A stretch of DNA of 64,000 nucleotides, from positions 372,001-436,000 of the forward strand of contig RSEE01000048.1 in NCBI GenBank assembly GCA_003971905.1, given 5' to 3'. The notes beneath the pieces were generated by a model. That model did not search any database and was not told where the DNA came from. It saw only the letters and a program-made list of their open reading frames with translations. Source of the DNA: Moniliella sp. 'wahieum' (taxonomy: Eukaryota). The translations under genes were made by a program, and so were the position numbers. Shown one piece after another: positions 14,921 through 25,704 of the stretch (positions are counted from its first letter, which is position 1; the number at the start of each line of letters is the position of its first letter).

Positions 14921-15528
14921 TTAGAAGCCGTACACGGCCAGCTTCTGGTTGACCTCAGCCAGGGCGCCCGTGGCGCCGGCCAGAGCACCTGCTTCTTCTT
15001 GAGGGCAGCCACCTTGCGCTCCTGGTAGGCAGCCGCACGCACCAGACGCTTCTCCTCCAGCTTGGCCACGACAACCCTCGTACTTCCAGCCAAACTCGGA
15101 CGAGATGCGCTTGAGCGTGGCTAGTTGCGGCCGGCTTGAGGCGCAGCACACGCAGAGCAGCCGGCACAACCACCTTCTTCTTCGCATCGTAAGGAGACGG
15201 CACACCCTCCAGCAACGTGATCTTGGCCAAGGCCGCCTTGCCACGCGCCGTCTTGTGGGGAATCATGCCGCGGATGGCCTTGTGAAGGATGCGCGAAGGC
15301 GCACGCTCGTGCCACGGGCCACCCTTCGAAGGGTTGTAGCAGTGGGTCTTGTGCAGGTACGCGTGGTACTTCAACTTGTTGCGGAAAAGCTGCCCGAAAC
15401 GTTGATCAGCTCGGTGCGAACCAACCACAGCCTGGCCGACAGCGCCTGCTTGGCCACACCGAGGCCAGCCGACCAAGCAGGTGGCCTTTACCGTCAATCA
15501 CAACGGGAGAAGCAGACATCGACGACAT
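14921..15528 (-). CDS. RPL16: 60S ribosomal protein uL13 (L16/L13a); 5'UTR intron about 15535-15633
   Basis: [19 protein letters not shown]..., [60 protein letters not shown], ...LAVYGF*. Confidence 0.95.
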
Positions 15529-16099
15529 TTTTGGCTGCAGAAGAATAGGTCAGACGGGGTGGAAAAAAGGGTGCACCACTCCTGAACGGGTGCGAGGGGT
15601 CGGTGGCGGGGTTAGAGCGGTAGAGCCACGTACCTTGGGTCTTGCGGTCGCAGTGGTGGAAGCAAAGCGGGCACGCCGCGCTGACAAGACAACGAGCACC
15701 AAAGGGGGAAGCAGGGTTGCAGCTGCCGTTCATACGAGGTTGGTGCAGCAGCGCCTAGTGTTCAGTATCTGGAATTTTAGATGACACTGGCGTGGCGCAT
15801 ATGGCTGCGGCAAATTATGCTCCCCTCTTTTCCTCAACCCTAGTTTTTGTCTTGGGCGAGCGCTGCCCGAACCGGCGAGCCCGTGCTCAGTGGGGCTGGA
15901 CTTGACCACGACAACCCAAAAAGTACGTGTTTGCTCTGGGGGAAAGCTGGTGGTCCAGAAGAGCACCAACTACGCCGGGACGTCCAGGGGGGGCTTCTGG
16001 ATGCTGTGCTTTCTCCTGTATCTCGGTCGTTTTGGGGCGAGTGTCATTGCGATTGCCGACGCTTCGAGCGCTGACTGATTCTTCTTGCGCCCAGTCAAC

Positions 16100-16492
16100 A
16101 TGGCGGCCACTACCATCCCCATTGTCAAGAAGCGCACCAAGAAGTTTACGCGCCACCATGCGGACCGCTACAAGCGCCTTGCGACGTCGTGGCGCAAGCC
16201 CAAGGGTATTGACTCGGTGGTTCGTCGCCGCTTCCGCGATGTGACCAAGATGCCCAAGATTGGCTATGGCTCCAACAAGAAGACGCGCTACCTGATGCCC
16301 AATGGTTTCCGTCGCTTTGTCGTGTCCAACCCTCAGGACGTGAGCTTGCTCTTGATGCACAACACGACCTACGCTGCTGAGATTGCGCACAACGTTTCGT
16401 CCAAGAAGCGCGTGCTGATCCTTGAGCAGGCCAAGGCCCTCGGCGTCAAGGTGACCAACGCCAACGCGCGCGTGCGCTCGGAGGAGAACTAA
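16100..16492 (+). CDS. RPL32: 60S ribosomal protein eL32; 5'UTR intron 15923-16094
   Basis: [61 protein letters not shown]; intact frame. Confidence 0.98.
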   Translation: MAATTIPIVKKRTKKFTRHHADRYKRLATSWRKPKGIDSVVRRRFRDVTKMPKIGYGSNKKTRYLMPNGFRRFVVSNPQDVSLLLMHNTTYAAEIAHNVSSKKRVLILEQAKALGVKVTNANARVRSEEN

Positions 16493-17181
16493 ATGGAGTG
16501 TCCTTTCCCCAGTTGGTTCTCTACCCACCTGGACTTGACTCCCTCCCCCCCCCCCCCCGCTCCCCAATAGGATCGTCGCAAGCCCGCTTGCCTCTTATGT
16601 ACTCTCCCCCCTCCCCGTTCTGTTATGGACGGACTCCATGCATCTCTTCCGCCACGAGGGGCTGGCTACTGCAGCGTGCGCGACCGCCCCTGGGGGTGCA
16701 CTCTTGTGCTGGGTTTCTGCTTGCTCCGTTTGCTTGCTATGTCCCCCGCCTTCCACACCCAAAACCTCCAAGCGTACATCCTCGCTCGAATCATATGGCA
16801 TTGCCCGCGCCACTTGGGTTTTGATGGCTTGCATTGGTGGTAGATTGGATAGGTAGACTGCAAGCTGGAACTGTAACTGCATTGGTCCAATGCAACTAGG
16901 AAATGCTAGCCAGCGTCACCCACAGCAGAGTGGCGGAGGAAACTTTTTGGAAGCCAAGCAATGAGCTGCACCTCGCTCTGCTTCGGACCGCGGTTGGCAT
17001 TGCATGAGGGCTTGAGGAAGCAGCCAGCTGAGAGGGAGGGTGAAGTGGCAAAAGGCTCACCGCGTTCGGACGAAAGCAGCGAGAATGTAGCGTGGCTACA
17101 TTGTAACAGAGTGTCACCGTCCCTACGCTGGGACAAAACTGTCTCTAGGATCTAACAGCACGTTGTGATATGCCCGCTAAC

Positions 17182-17277
17182 GATTGCGTGGTGAAAAGGT
17201 ATCACGACAGATTGTGGCGACACGATCATAAAGCTTCGCAAGCTCTGTTATTCTCAGTTCGATTCTGGGCGCAGTCA
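17182..17277 (+). tRNA. tRNA-His(GUG) with 25-nt intron (17218-17242)
   Basis: GATTGCG/CGCAGTC acceptor stem, GTGA/TCAC D-stem, ACAGA/TCTGT anticodon stem, loop TT-GTG-G, T-arm CTCAG-TTCGATT-CTGGG, downstream T-run terminator. Confidence 0.92.
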
Positions 17278-17745
17278 CTTCTTTTTTCGTTTTTGCCTCG
17301 TGTCCTCCTCCACTCTTGATCCACGCACGAAACAGATGCGTCACAGCATGTGCCTACCATACCCACCTGCCCATTCCACTAGCTAGCTTTTGCGGCATCA
17401 GCCCATCCGTAATGGGCGTTGCCATCAGGCGTATTGCAAGTGCATTAATGATGCCGTTTCGTGAGAGGAAGCAGAAGTATCGACAGAGGTAAACGCGCGA
17501 TCCACGTAGAGCCGTCTATGCTCTCCCGTTGAGACTGACCAGTGTCGAGGCAGAGAAAAAAGGGGGGATCCACAGCTACATGGTCGCACTAAAGGCAGAG
17601 GGCAACAGGCAGGCAGAACAAAGGACAAACAACTACACATGGAAGGAATCATGCACACTATAGATTGAAATAAGAGTAGGGACTTGGTGCAGCAATCTAT
17701 GCATACCAACCAAGCTCCGGAGGACAAGACGACCCCAGCTAACCC

Positions 17746-18772
17746 CTACTCCTCCGAGTTGGCGTCGCGAATGGAGTAGTCTCCCTTCTTGGAGTCCTCG
17801 ATGAGGTTCTTGACCTTTTCGTAGACCAAGAAGACGACCGACTGGCCCGGAGCGACACGCATGACACGGGGTGTGATGCCTTTCCAGAATGCCGAAGGGC
17901 CCTCGTTCTTGAACATGTCGGCGGCCACCTTGGAGACACGGCTAAACGCCGTCTCACCTTCGACCTTCTGCGCCTTTTGAATGCGCGTCTTGATCGTGTC
18001 AATGGGCGCGTTGGTAAAGGGACCGAGAGCACCCGAGATGAGACCAATGACCATGGTCTGGTACCCGGGCAAGACCTCGACCCCCTGTTTTTTTTGGGCA
18101 AACGACTTGAGCTCTTGGTAGGCAGTAAAGTTGGCAGCCTGGTTGGTGGCCTGCCGCAGCGCCGTCAAGCCCACGCCGCGGTAGAGCGTCGAAGGACCTT
18201 CCTCCTTGACAATTGTGTACAGCGCATGGGCCGCGTTACGGTATCGTGGCTGTTCGAGCGGGTCGGCGAGCGAGTGTTGCTGGGCTTGGAGACGGATCTT
18301 GACCACCTCCATCGGGTTCACCACCACCACCGCCTCTGTCGCACCGGCCATGAGACCAGCCAGGAACACATTCCGAGGCGGCGTCACGCCCGTCTGCTTG
18401 TCTGCCAGCCAGGACTTGTACTCGGCAAACGAAAAGCGCACTGCCATCTTGGGCACAATGCCCGTCACCACAGCGCCCAAGCCCTTGTAGAGACCCAGCA
18501 CGGTTTCCTTCTTGACAATGTGCACCCCGGTGGCAATGAACCCGCGTGGCTTGCTGCCCTTGCCACGCCGGCTCAGCTGCATGCGCACCTTGATCGTGTC
18601 CAGAGCTGGGGGCGAAGGAGGGAGGGGGGCGTGTCAGTAAGGGCAGGGGTTAGAAGAAGGATGGGCGGGAGGGAGGAGACGTACGGTGGCATGTGACCGC
18701 CTCGGCGAAGCCGGCGATGCCGCCGGCAATGAGGTGGGTGGAGGGGGCGACCTTCTTGGCGTCTTTGGACAT
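17746..18772 (-). CDS. SFC1: Mitochondrial succinate-fumarate carrier (intron 18606-18684)
   Basis: HLIAGGIAGFAEAVTCHP|LDTIKVRMQLSRR, GLYKGLGAVVTGIVPKMAVRF, NPMEVVKIRLQAQ, YRNAAHA, ALRQATNQAANFTAY, NAPIDTIKTRIQ, KGITPRVMRVAPGQ. Confidence 0.95.
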
Positions 18773-19744
18773 GGCGGGCGGACGGGCAGATAGGCGGAGG
18801 GGAGGCGGGAGGGGGAGGGGACGGGCGAGAAGACGAGGCGGGCGGAAGGCGTGCTATTATAGGCTGCGGGGGGCCGGTGGATCGGCGTGGAGGGCCAGGG
18901 CGGCCCAGGGCGGGCGGGCTGGCTGCCGCGCCGACGGCCCAGGCGGGCGGGCTGGGCAGAGCGTGAGAGAGCCGCGGGAGACGGGCGGGGAGGGAGGCTG
19001 AGTGGCGCGGGCGCTGGGCCGGGCAGCTGCCTGTCGGGCCCGGCCGGGGGCGAGTGTCCGCGCGCGGGGTGGGGTTGCCGGCGGCCCGTGCCCGGGACAC
19101 ACACTGGCCCCGTGCGGCGCCCGGGCGCACCAGCCGGAGAAGATGCGGAGACGGCAGGCGGCCAGCTGCGTTCAGCGGCGGTTCCGGCCCAGCCGGGCTT
19201 GGTGAACCCGAAGCCGACGCAGCCACGACGCAGGGATGGAGCGTGATCGGAATGATCGGGATGGCCAGTGCTTGGATGATCGAGATCTGATGCGGACGGC
19301 TGGATGATTGTGCATTGATTATTCACCCACTGCCGACTCACCAGACGCAGACGCTCCTCTGTGCTCGCGCCGGGGTGGGTGTGGCTTGGGCGGACATGGC
19401 TCTGTTACGTCATGCGTGAGGGGCGTGGGTGCGGGGTGGGCAGGGTGCCACGCATGCACCAGAAGAACCCCGCAGCAGACTCCTTGAGTAAGTGAGTACT
19501 TGTATTCCCGTATTCCACACCGAGATTCAGCATTCAGCGCTCAGCAAACACGGTGGCCATCTACGCTCTAAGATCTAATGCCACACGTCAATTTGAGCTG
19601 CTGCCCCATCATGCATCACCCGTCACGGATGGCATTCAATCTCCATCCTCGTCTGCGCGTCATCTCGGCTGATCAACGCCGCAGCCGGCGCCTCCACAGC
19701 GCACCCCGTGCGCCTTTTGGTCGTGCATCCTGCCTCTCCTCCCC

Positions 19745-22577
19745 TCACGCGTTCAACGCCGTCGTCCCCGTCGTGCCAGCCGCCGCAGCCGACTTGGCTA
19801 CCCCCTTGGCCGTTGTCCCGCCCAGCACCATGTTCTGCAGCTGTTTCGCGTCGAGGCCATGTGCGTGGCGCTGGTCTGCCGCCTGCTCCTCCGATTCCGC
19901 CGCGGCCGCCTGGGCGCTGCCGTTGCCGCTGCCACCCGCATCGGGCAGCGCCGAGTCCTGCGCCTTGTGAGCCGGCTGCTGGAACGCATGGTTGCCCGGC
20001 GCCGGTCCCACGGGCGCTGCGCTGGTGGTGACCTTGGGCACCAGCGGGAGCGAGGGAAGAGGCGGCATGTGTCGGTCCACCGACGGCTCTGCGGTGCGGA
20101 CGATCGGAGGCCAATGGCTGTACTCGCTGGTCGAGGCGGGGAAGTTGATGCAGTCCAAGTCCCAGGTCGAGCGCAGGCGGGCGGCCATGCACTTGGATTC
20201 TGTCCACTCCCCCGCCGACACGAGCGGGCTGAGGCGCCAGTAGGCCAGCAGCGCCAGCACGGCCAGGCCCGCGGTCAGTTGCACGCGCGCCCGAGGCCGC
20301 AGCCGGACCGTGAGCGTGTCCAGCACGGCGGCGAAGGTGAGGATGCCAAAGTAGAGTGCTGGCAGATAATGGTGGAGGAAAAGTTGACGGTGCATGGCAA
20401 AAAAGGGGAGGTAATGCAGGCCATAGCCAGCTACGAAAAAGGCCAGCAGACCATCGTAGTGCGCCCCAAGCGTATGGGTATGTTGCAGCTCCTTGTACCC
20501 GCGCTTGGCCCGCAGCACCAACAAGATTCGCACCGCCACATACAACCCAACCGACGCCAGCGCCGAAAGCCAGACCAACGGATTGCCCAGCAGGTACACT
20601 TGCCGATGCTGCTGGGACCAATAGTTGACCCCGCGCCGGAGAAAGGGCCACTGGTGCGGGCGCGAGTCGTAGGCGTGCCGAGCGGTGAGGCCGGCATTGG
20701 TCGTCCACATCACTTTTTGAAGCTCGACAAACTTGGCCCAAAAGCAAGGCCGCGCGTAGTTGACTTTTTGCGCGTCAGCGTCCTGCTCGAGCAAGGGATG
20801 CACGTTGGTCTCAATGTAAAACAGCGTATTGGGCCGGGTGGGCTCGCGGTTGCAAGTCACCTCTTGCTGGCCAAACCCCCAGTCGGGCAGATGGACAGCG
20901 TGACTAAACAGGTAGCATCCCAATGCCGAGTGACGCAGACGGAACACGGTGCGCAGGGCGAGCAGCTCGTGCTGCGCCGCCCCGCGCCTCGATTCGGCCC
21001 GGTCAATCTCCACAATCCAATTGTCGTTGGCATCGCCGGTAAAGCCGGGGGAGCCATAGGCCGAGACCTCGTTTTGGTACTCCGCCTCGGTGATGGGCGG
21101 ACGAAGGTTATGCGAATGGAGACGCGTGTCGGACGTACGATGCACCAGACGTATTTGCGCCTTGTCCTTGACCCACTCCAGCTGGGCCAGGTGCTTGTCC
21201 ACGTCGCGAGGCGAGCCAGGAGGAAGCGTGATGGGAACGCCGTTGGCGTCGACCATCGGTGCGCCCTCCTGCGACGGCACAGCAACAATCTCCCACACAT
21301 TGTTGTCATCCTCGTGCGGGTAGAGGGTGACCTGCTGCTGCTTGGAGCCGGTTTGGTAGTTGAACGCGTGCGAGTGGAGGTATCCGCCTCGCGTATGGAT
21401 GTGGCGGATGGTTACCGCGCTGCCCAGCGCGACCTGGGCGTACGTGTCGTGCATTTCCCGACCGTGCAGCGTGCGTTGGAACGCAGGGGACATGAAACCG
21501 TCTCCTCCGCCCGAGTGGCTAAGGATGGCAAAGTGGATCCAGAACGTCGATGCATACACGGTCAGAGGCACAACGATCAGCGCACCAACGCGCGCAACAA
21601 AGTGCCGCCCGAGGTCCCAGAGGGAGGTGCGCTGGTCCGCCAGGCGCAACCAAAGTTGCACGATTGTCGCCACCCCGACTGTAGCCACGGTGAAGAGCCC
21701 GACCCACTTGACACTCAAGACCAGGCCAAGGGAAGCGCCGACGGCGAGCAGCCACGCCCACCAAACGCGGCTAAAGGGACGACGGGCGTCCTCCTTGCCA
21801 AAGCAAACCCAGCACAGCGCCGTGGTCGCAGTAAAGAGCACCAGCGGGGCGTCGAGAAGAATATAGTGACTCTGCGTCGCCAACGCATTGTCAAGCAACA
21901 CGAAACAGGCGCCGACCAACGCGGACCCCGTCCGCACCCCGCCCGCACGCAGCGTGACAAACGCCACGGGCACCAAGAGCGCGCCACACAACGCCGACAC
22001 GCGCCGCATGCCCACATACGGCACAGGCTGCCCAGGCAACTCGCCCACAATGTACTCGTTGCCAATGCCGCCAAAGTTAAACTTACCGTCGTACCCCCCA
22101 CGTACGCCGCGAGCGTGATCAAGAGCTTGGCCAGGGGCGGTGCACGTCCATAAAAAATTCGCGCCGCAGGTACTTGCCGGCAAAATTGCCAAAATGGACC
22201 TCATCAATCTGGGTGCAGCTGGCGGTCAGCCGTATGGGCATGGGCATGGGCATGGGCATAGGTATGGGCATGGGAATGGGAATGGGCATTGCGTTGGCAG
22301 ATGGGACAGGGGGGGACGTACACGACGCTGCTGGGGCGGTCGAGGTGAGAGAAGCGGAGCCAGGCAGCGAGAAGGGTGAGGAGAGCGACAAGACGCCATT
22401 CGACAGGCGCCAGCGCCGTTCCCAATGCGGCAGACCAGGGTACAGACGGGTAGGCTCGAGCCACTCCAGGCAGAGAAGTAGAGCCGGCAGTGTGGCTGGC
22501 AGGCGGATAGGCTACTGGCTTGGCCGACGCGGCTGGGGAAGGCGCGGGCAGACCGGCGTTGATGACAGCGTCGCCAT
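19745..22577 (-). CDS. PMT1: Dolichyl-phosphate-mannose protein O-mannosyltransferase, Pmt1 subfamily (intron about 22209-22321)
   Basis: PSSVV|(F)DEVHFGNFAGKYLRREFFMDVH(P)PLAKLL, ILLDAPL, SVKWVGLFT, GDGFMSPAFQ, MIR domains (YLHSH, QQQVTLYPHED), WGFGQQEVTC, RQLFLHHYLPALYF. Confidence 0.93.
22234..22288. repeat. Intronic hexamer microsatellite (ATGGGC)n
   Basis: atgggc/ataggt/atggga variants, about 9 units, inside the PMT1 intron. Confidence 0.85.
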
Positions 22578-23166
22578 GGGCCCGCGATGGAGGAGGAGGA
22601 GCGCGGGGGGGGGCGCAGAGACCCAGTTCCCCGGCTGTGGGAAGTGCGCCCGCGCACGCACCGCCTGGGCTGTCGGGAAGGACATGACGAGCGGCCTGGC
22701 TGGTGAGCGAGGCGATGGCGAGGGGGCGTCCCTCCCGCCTGGCCTGGCACGTGGAGCGCCACTCGCCTTCAATCTTTCAATCCCACGTCGTACGGCCGCT
22801 GCGATGGGGCGATGGCGCACCGGTTCAATCATCACTGTGCAATGTTCAATGCCGCCTGAACGTTTCACACCCCCCGCTCACCTGATACAGAGTTCAGCTT
22901 CAGGCCGGAGGAGGCAGAGCTGAGGCGCCAGGCTCGCTACGCAGCCTGCGGCAAGCACAGCCGACTACGCACCGTCCTCGCCCCCTCGGGTGTACCCATC
23001 CATCCATCCATCCATCCATCCATCCCATCCACACGCCCTACCTGCTGCCCTTCCAGCGTAGCATGCTCATCTCGTCCAAAACCAACGATCCGCAAGCACC
23101 GCACCACCCCTCCTCGGCCCAGCCTCCTTCCCCCTCCCTGCCTGCTGCCTCCCCAGCCCATCCGCC

Positions 23167-23544
23167 ATGCCAGGTGCTCCTCATCCCCCCGCAGCCGCCC
23201 CAGCGCAGCCCCACGATTGCGCACCACTCCACCCTACTGGGCAAGGTGCGTTCCACTCTGTCACCCTGTCACCTTCTCCTGTCTCTCCTCTTATTCTTGC
23301 TGACCCCCTCCCCCCGGCCTGTGGTCCAGTGTACATCTGCGTCGCCACCGTCGGCCCGCAGCCGTCTTCGGTCGAGGGCGTGCAACTGGACAGCCAATTG
23401 CGCGCCACGGCAGCGCTCCGAGCACGACGGATGCTGTTGGAAGCCTACCTGTATGCGTTGCTGTTATGGATTGTGATTGGCCTGGTCACGTCCGAAGTCG
23501 CCTTTGGTACCATGCGCCACCATCAGCTGCTGGCGTGGCGCTGA
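23167..23544 (+). CDS. Small hypothetical membrane protein (intron 23246-23329)
   Basis: ATG, a canonical GTGCGT..GCTGAC..CAG 84-nt intron, and a hydrophobic segment LLEAYLYALLLWIVIGLV near the C-terminus. Confidence 0.5.
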   Translation: MPGAPHPPAAAPAQPHDCAPLHPTGQGAFHSVTLSPSPVSPLILADPLPPACGPVYICVATVGPQPSSVEGVQLDSQLRATAALRARRMLLEAYLYALLLWIVIGLVTSEVAFGTMRHHQLLAWR

Positions 23545-23662
23545 GCGGTCAAGCTTCAAGGTTGAACTGGCGCCGCGGGCGCCGCTCATGCACATGCACA
23601 TGCGTGGCTGTTCGGGTTTGGAATGGGTTTCTCACCCTCTTTCCCAGCCAGTCATCTTGATG

Positions 23663-23702
23663 CTTGAAGCCTGAAGCCTGAAGCCTGAAGCCTGAAGCCT
23701 GA
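23663..23702. repeat. 7-nt tandem repeat (GAAGCCT)5, a degenerate AAGCTT-G array
   Basis: cttgaagcctgaagcctgaagcctgaagcctgaagcctga. Confidence 0.85.
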
Positions 23703-24225
23703 TGAGCCGCGCCAGTGTGCATCCTACGTTTCTTATCTGCGTCGGAACCAATGCAGTCCTTTATGCACGGTCTCCTCTGCTGCCCTCCACGTGCCGACGG
23801 GACAAGGGGGGCGCGTGGTGCAAGCTGTGAATCGTTGTCTGCTCCACTCCGCTCCTTCCGAAAATAGGGGAGGGGGAGCGATTGTTACGAGTTCTTGTTT
23901 TTTTTATATTGTGTTGGGCTATCGGTTATTGATCGTTGGCCCGGGTCGACCCCGGAAGCTACTGAATACTATGTGCATCGACCTAAAGTTTCGGTAGATG
24001 GGGTGAGGCCTGAGGGGAGGATTGGGGGTGTGTGGTACAGGGAAGGCGGGTGGCGGGTGGCGGGTGGCACGTGGAGCGTGGGGGGTACTGAACGTCATCG
24101 TGTAGCCCAGACAGACGGGTGCAAAGCAAGGTGGGAGAGGGGCAAGGTATGCATTGCGGGGCGTCCGAACAAGGATGTGTGTGGCTGGTAGGATGAGGAT
24201 GAGGATCCGTACTGCGAGTCGGTGC

Positions 24226-24593
24226 TCAGTACTGCCTATTGGGATCGTTGGCCAATTGTTCGGCCCGCGCTGCATTCTCACGCTCGCGCGCGCGGTCCGA
24301 GGCCTGGACCATAGGCGCCGACATGCGGAAGCGCTGGCGCATGTCCAGGATCCCCCGGCGGCAGGCGACGTAGGAGCGGTAGACGTTGAGGCATTCGGTC
24401 GACATTTCGTCTTTGTGATGCCTGAGGCAGTCACTGGGCTTGATGCCGTCGCGTTGGACACAGGGACTGGCCATCAAGCACTCGGCCAACTCCTCCCGCA
24501 CGTCCTTGCACTGCCGGGCGGAGGAAGGGGGCATGTCAGCGCACCAGCGGGGGGGAGAGGAAGCAGGGAACAGGCACGCACCACATTGACCAT
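24226..24593 (-). CDS. PET191: Cytochrome c oxidase assembly factor Pet191/COA5 (intron 24511-24581)
   Basis: MVNV|CKDVREELAECLMASPCVQRDGIKPSDCL..CLNVYRSYVACRRGILDMRQRFR; twin Cx9C-type pattern and DMRxRFR motif. Confidence 0.9.
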
Positions 24594-25317
24594 GGTGAGC
24601 TGGCGCTAGTAGCTCAGTCCGACGCAGCGCAGGGCTCAGAAGAAGCCGTGGCGGTGCGGACGACGTCGGCGCCGGGTCCAAACGGAAAGCCAGCTGCGCG
24701 GAGGGGGTGAAATTGCAATGGGCCAATTCCGCCCAACGCCGGGAGTGGCGCAGCCGCATCAGGCATGGCCCCTCACGCGTGCCTCACGCGTGCCTCCCGC
24801 GCACGCCTCACCCATCGCCGCCGTTGCTGATCGTCGACGCCAACCCGCCGGTCGGGTCGGGCGTCGGGAGGCCACACAAAGGGGCAAGGCCGCGCTTCGG
24901 ACGGCCCTGGGCAGCAGGGCGAGCGCCACAACGGACAGGCTGGCGGGCGACACAGTTGCGCGTGCTTTGTGTTGGCCTCGGCGCTTGGGACGAGGACACA
25001 ATCCCAATTGGGTGGCGGTGGAGTAGGATTAGATTGGAGGGGAATGGATGACTGCCCAGTGGCTCGGATTCTTTTTGTGTGGCCCACCAAAGCCACCGCC
25101 AGCCGGCCAGTCTGTAGATAGGCTGCTATTCATTCGCACGGCCACCCGCGCCCTTGCCTTCCACCACCACCACCACCAGATTGCTGCTGCTGCCATCGCT
25201 GGCACCCCGGTGGACTTGGTCTGACGCCAGCTGCGCATGTGTCCTGCCATTGTACTCGCCCACTCGCCTCCGTCCCTCCTGCCGCCCAGCTGCGACTGCT
25301 GTGCTTGCGCCTCGTCC

Positions 25318-25432
25318 GTGTCTGTCTGTGTATCTGTATCTGCGTCTGCGTCTGCATCTGCATCTGCGTCTGCGTCTGCATCTGCATCTGCGTCTGCATC
25401 TGCATCTGCGTCTGCGTCTGCGTCTGCGTCTG
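25318..25432. repeat. Hexamer microsatellite (GCRTCT)n upstream of STE23
   Basis: About 18 units of gcgtct/gcatct/gtatct. Confidence 0.9.
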
Positions 25433-25704
25433 AGTTGCCCCGTCTTGCTCGGTGCCGGCGGTTCGTGCGAAACCCAAAGCAAGCGGCCCGGATCGTCCAG
25501 CTGCCCCTTGCCACTCTTGCCACCGCCCATTGCTGGTGAGCTGTGCCGCCCAACTGTTCCTTGTTGCTTTTCTGAGAACAACGTCATCTGGAGCAACGTG
25601 TGTGTGGCTGTGGCTGTGTGGGTGTTTGTCTGTGAGCGTACGCGCTGGTAGTGTACTCTCCTGCCATTCTGCCTATCATCATCTCCACGCCCACCTCTGC
25701 CGCG

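Noticed and set aside
18780..19210. Extremely GC-rich SFC1 upstream region with many overlapping ORFs and G-runs
   Set aside because: Explained as a GC-box promoter upstream of a TATA-like TATAATA; the ORFs are low-complexity artefacts.
19859..22153. 764-aa plus-strand ORF antisense to PMT1, and similar long antisense ORFs elsewhere
   Set aside because: Shadow ORFs produced by GC-rich codon usage on the coding strand; no recognisable motifs.
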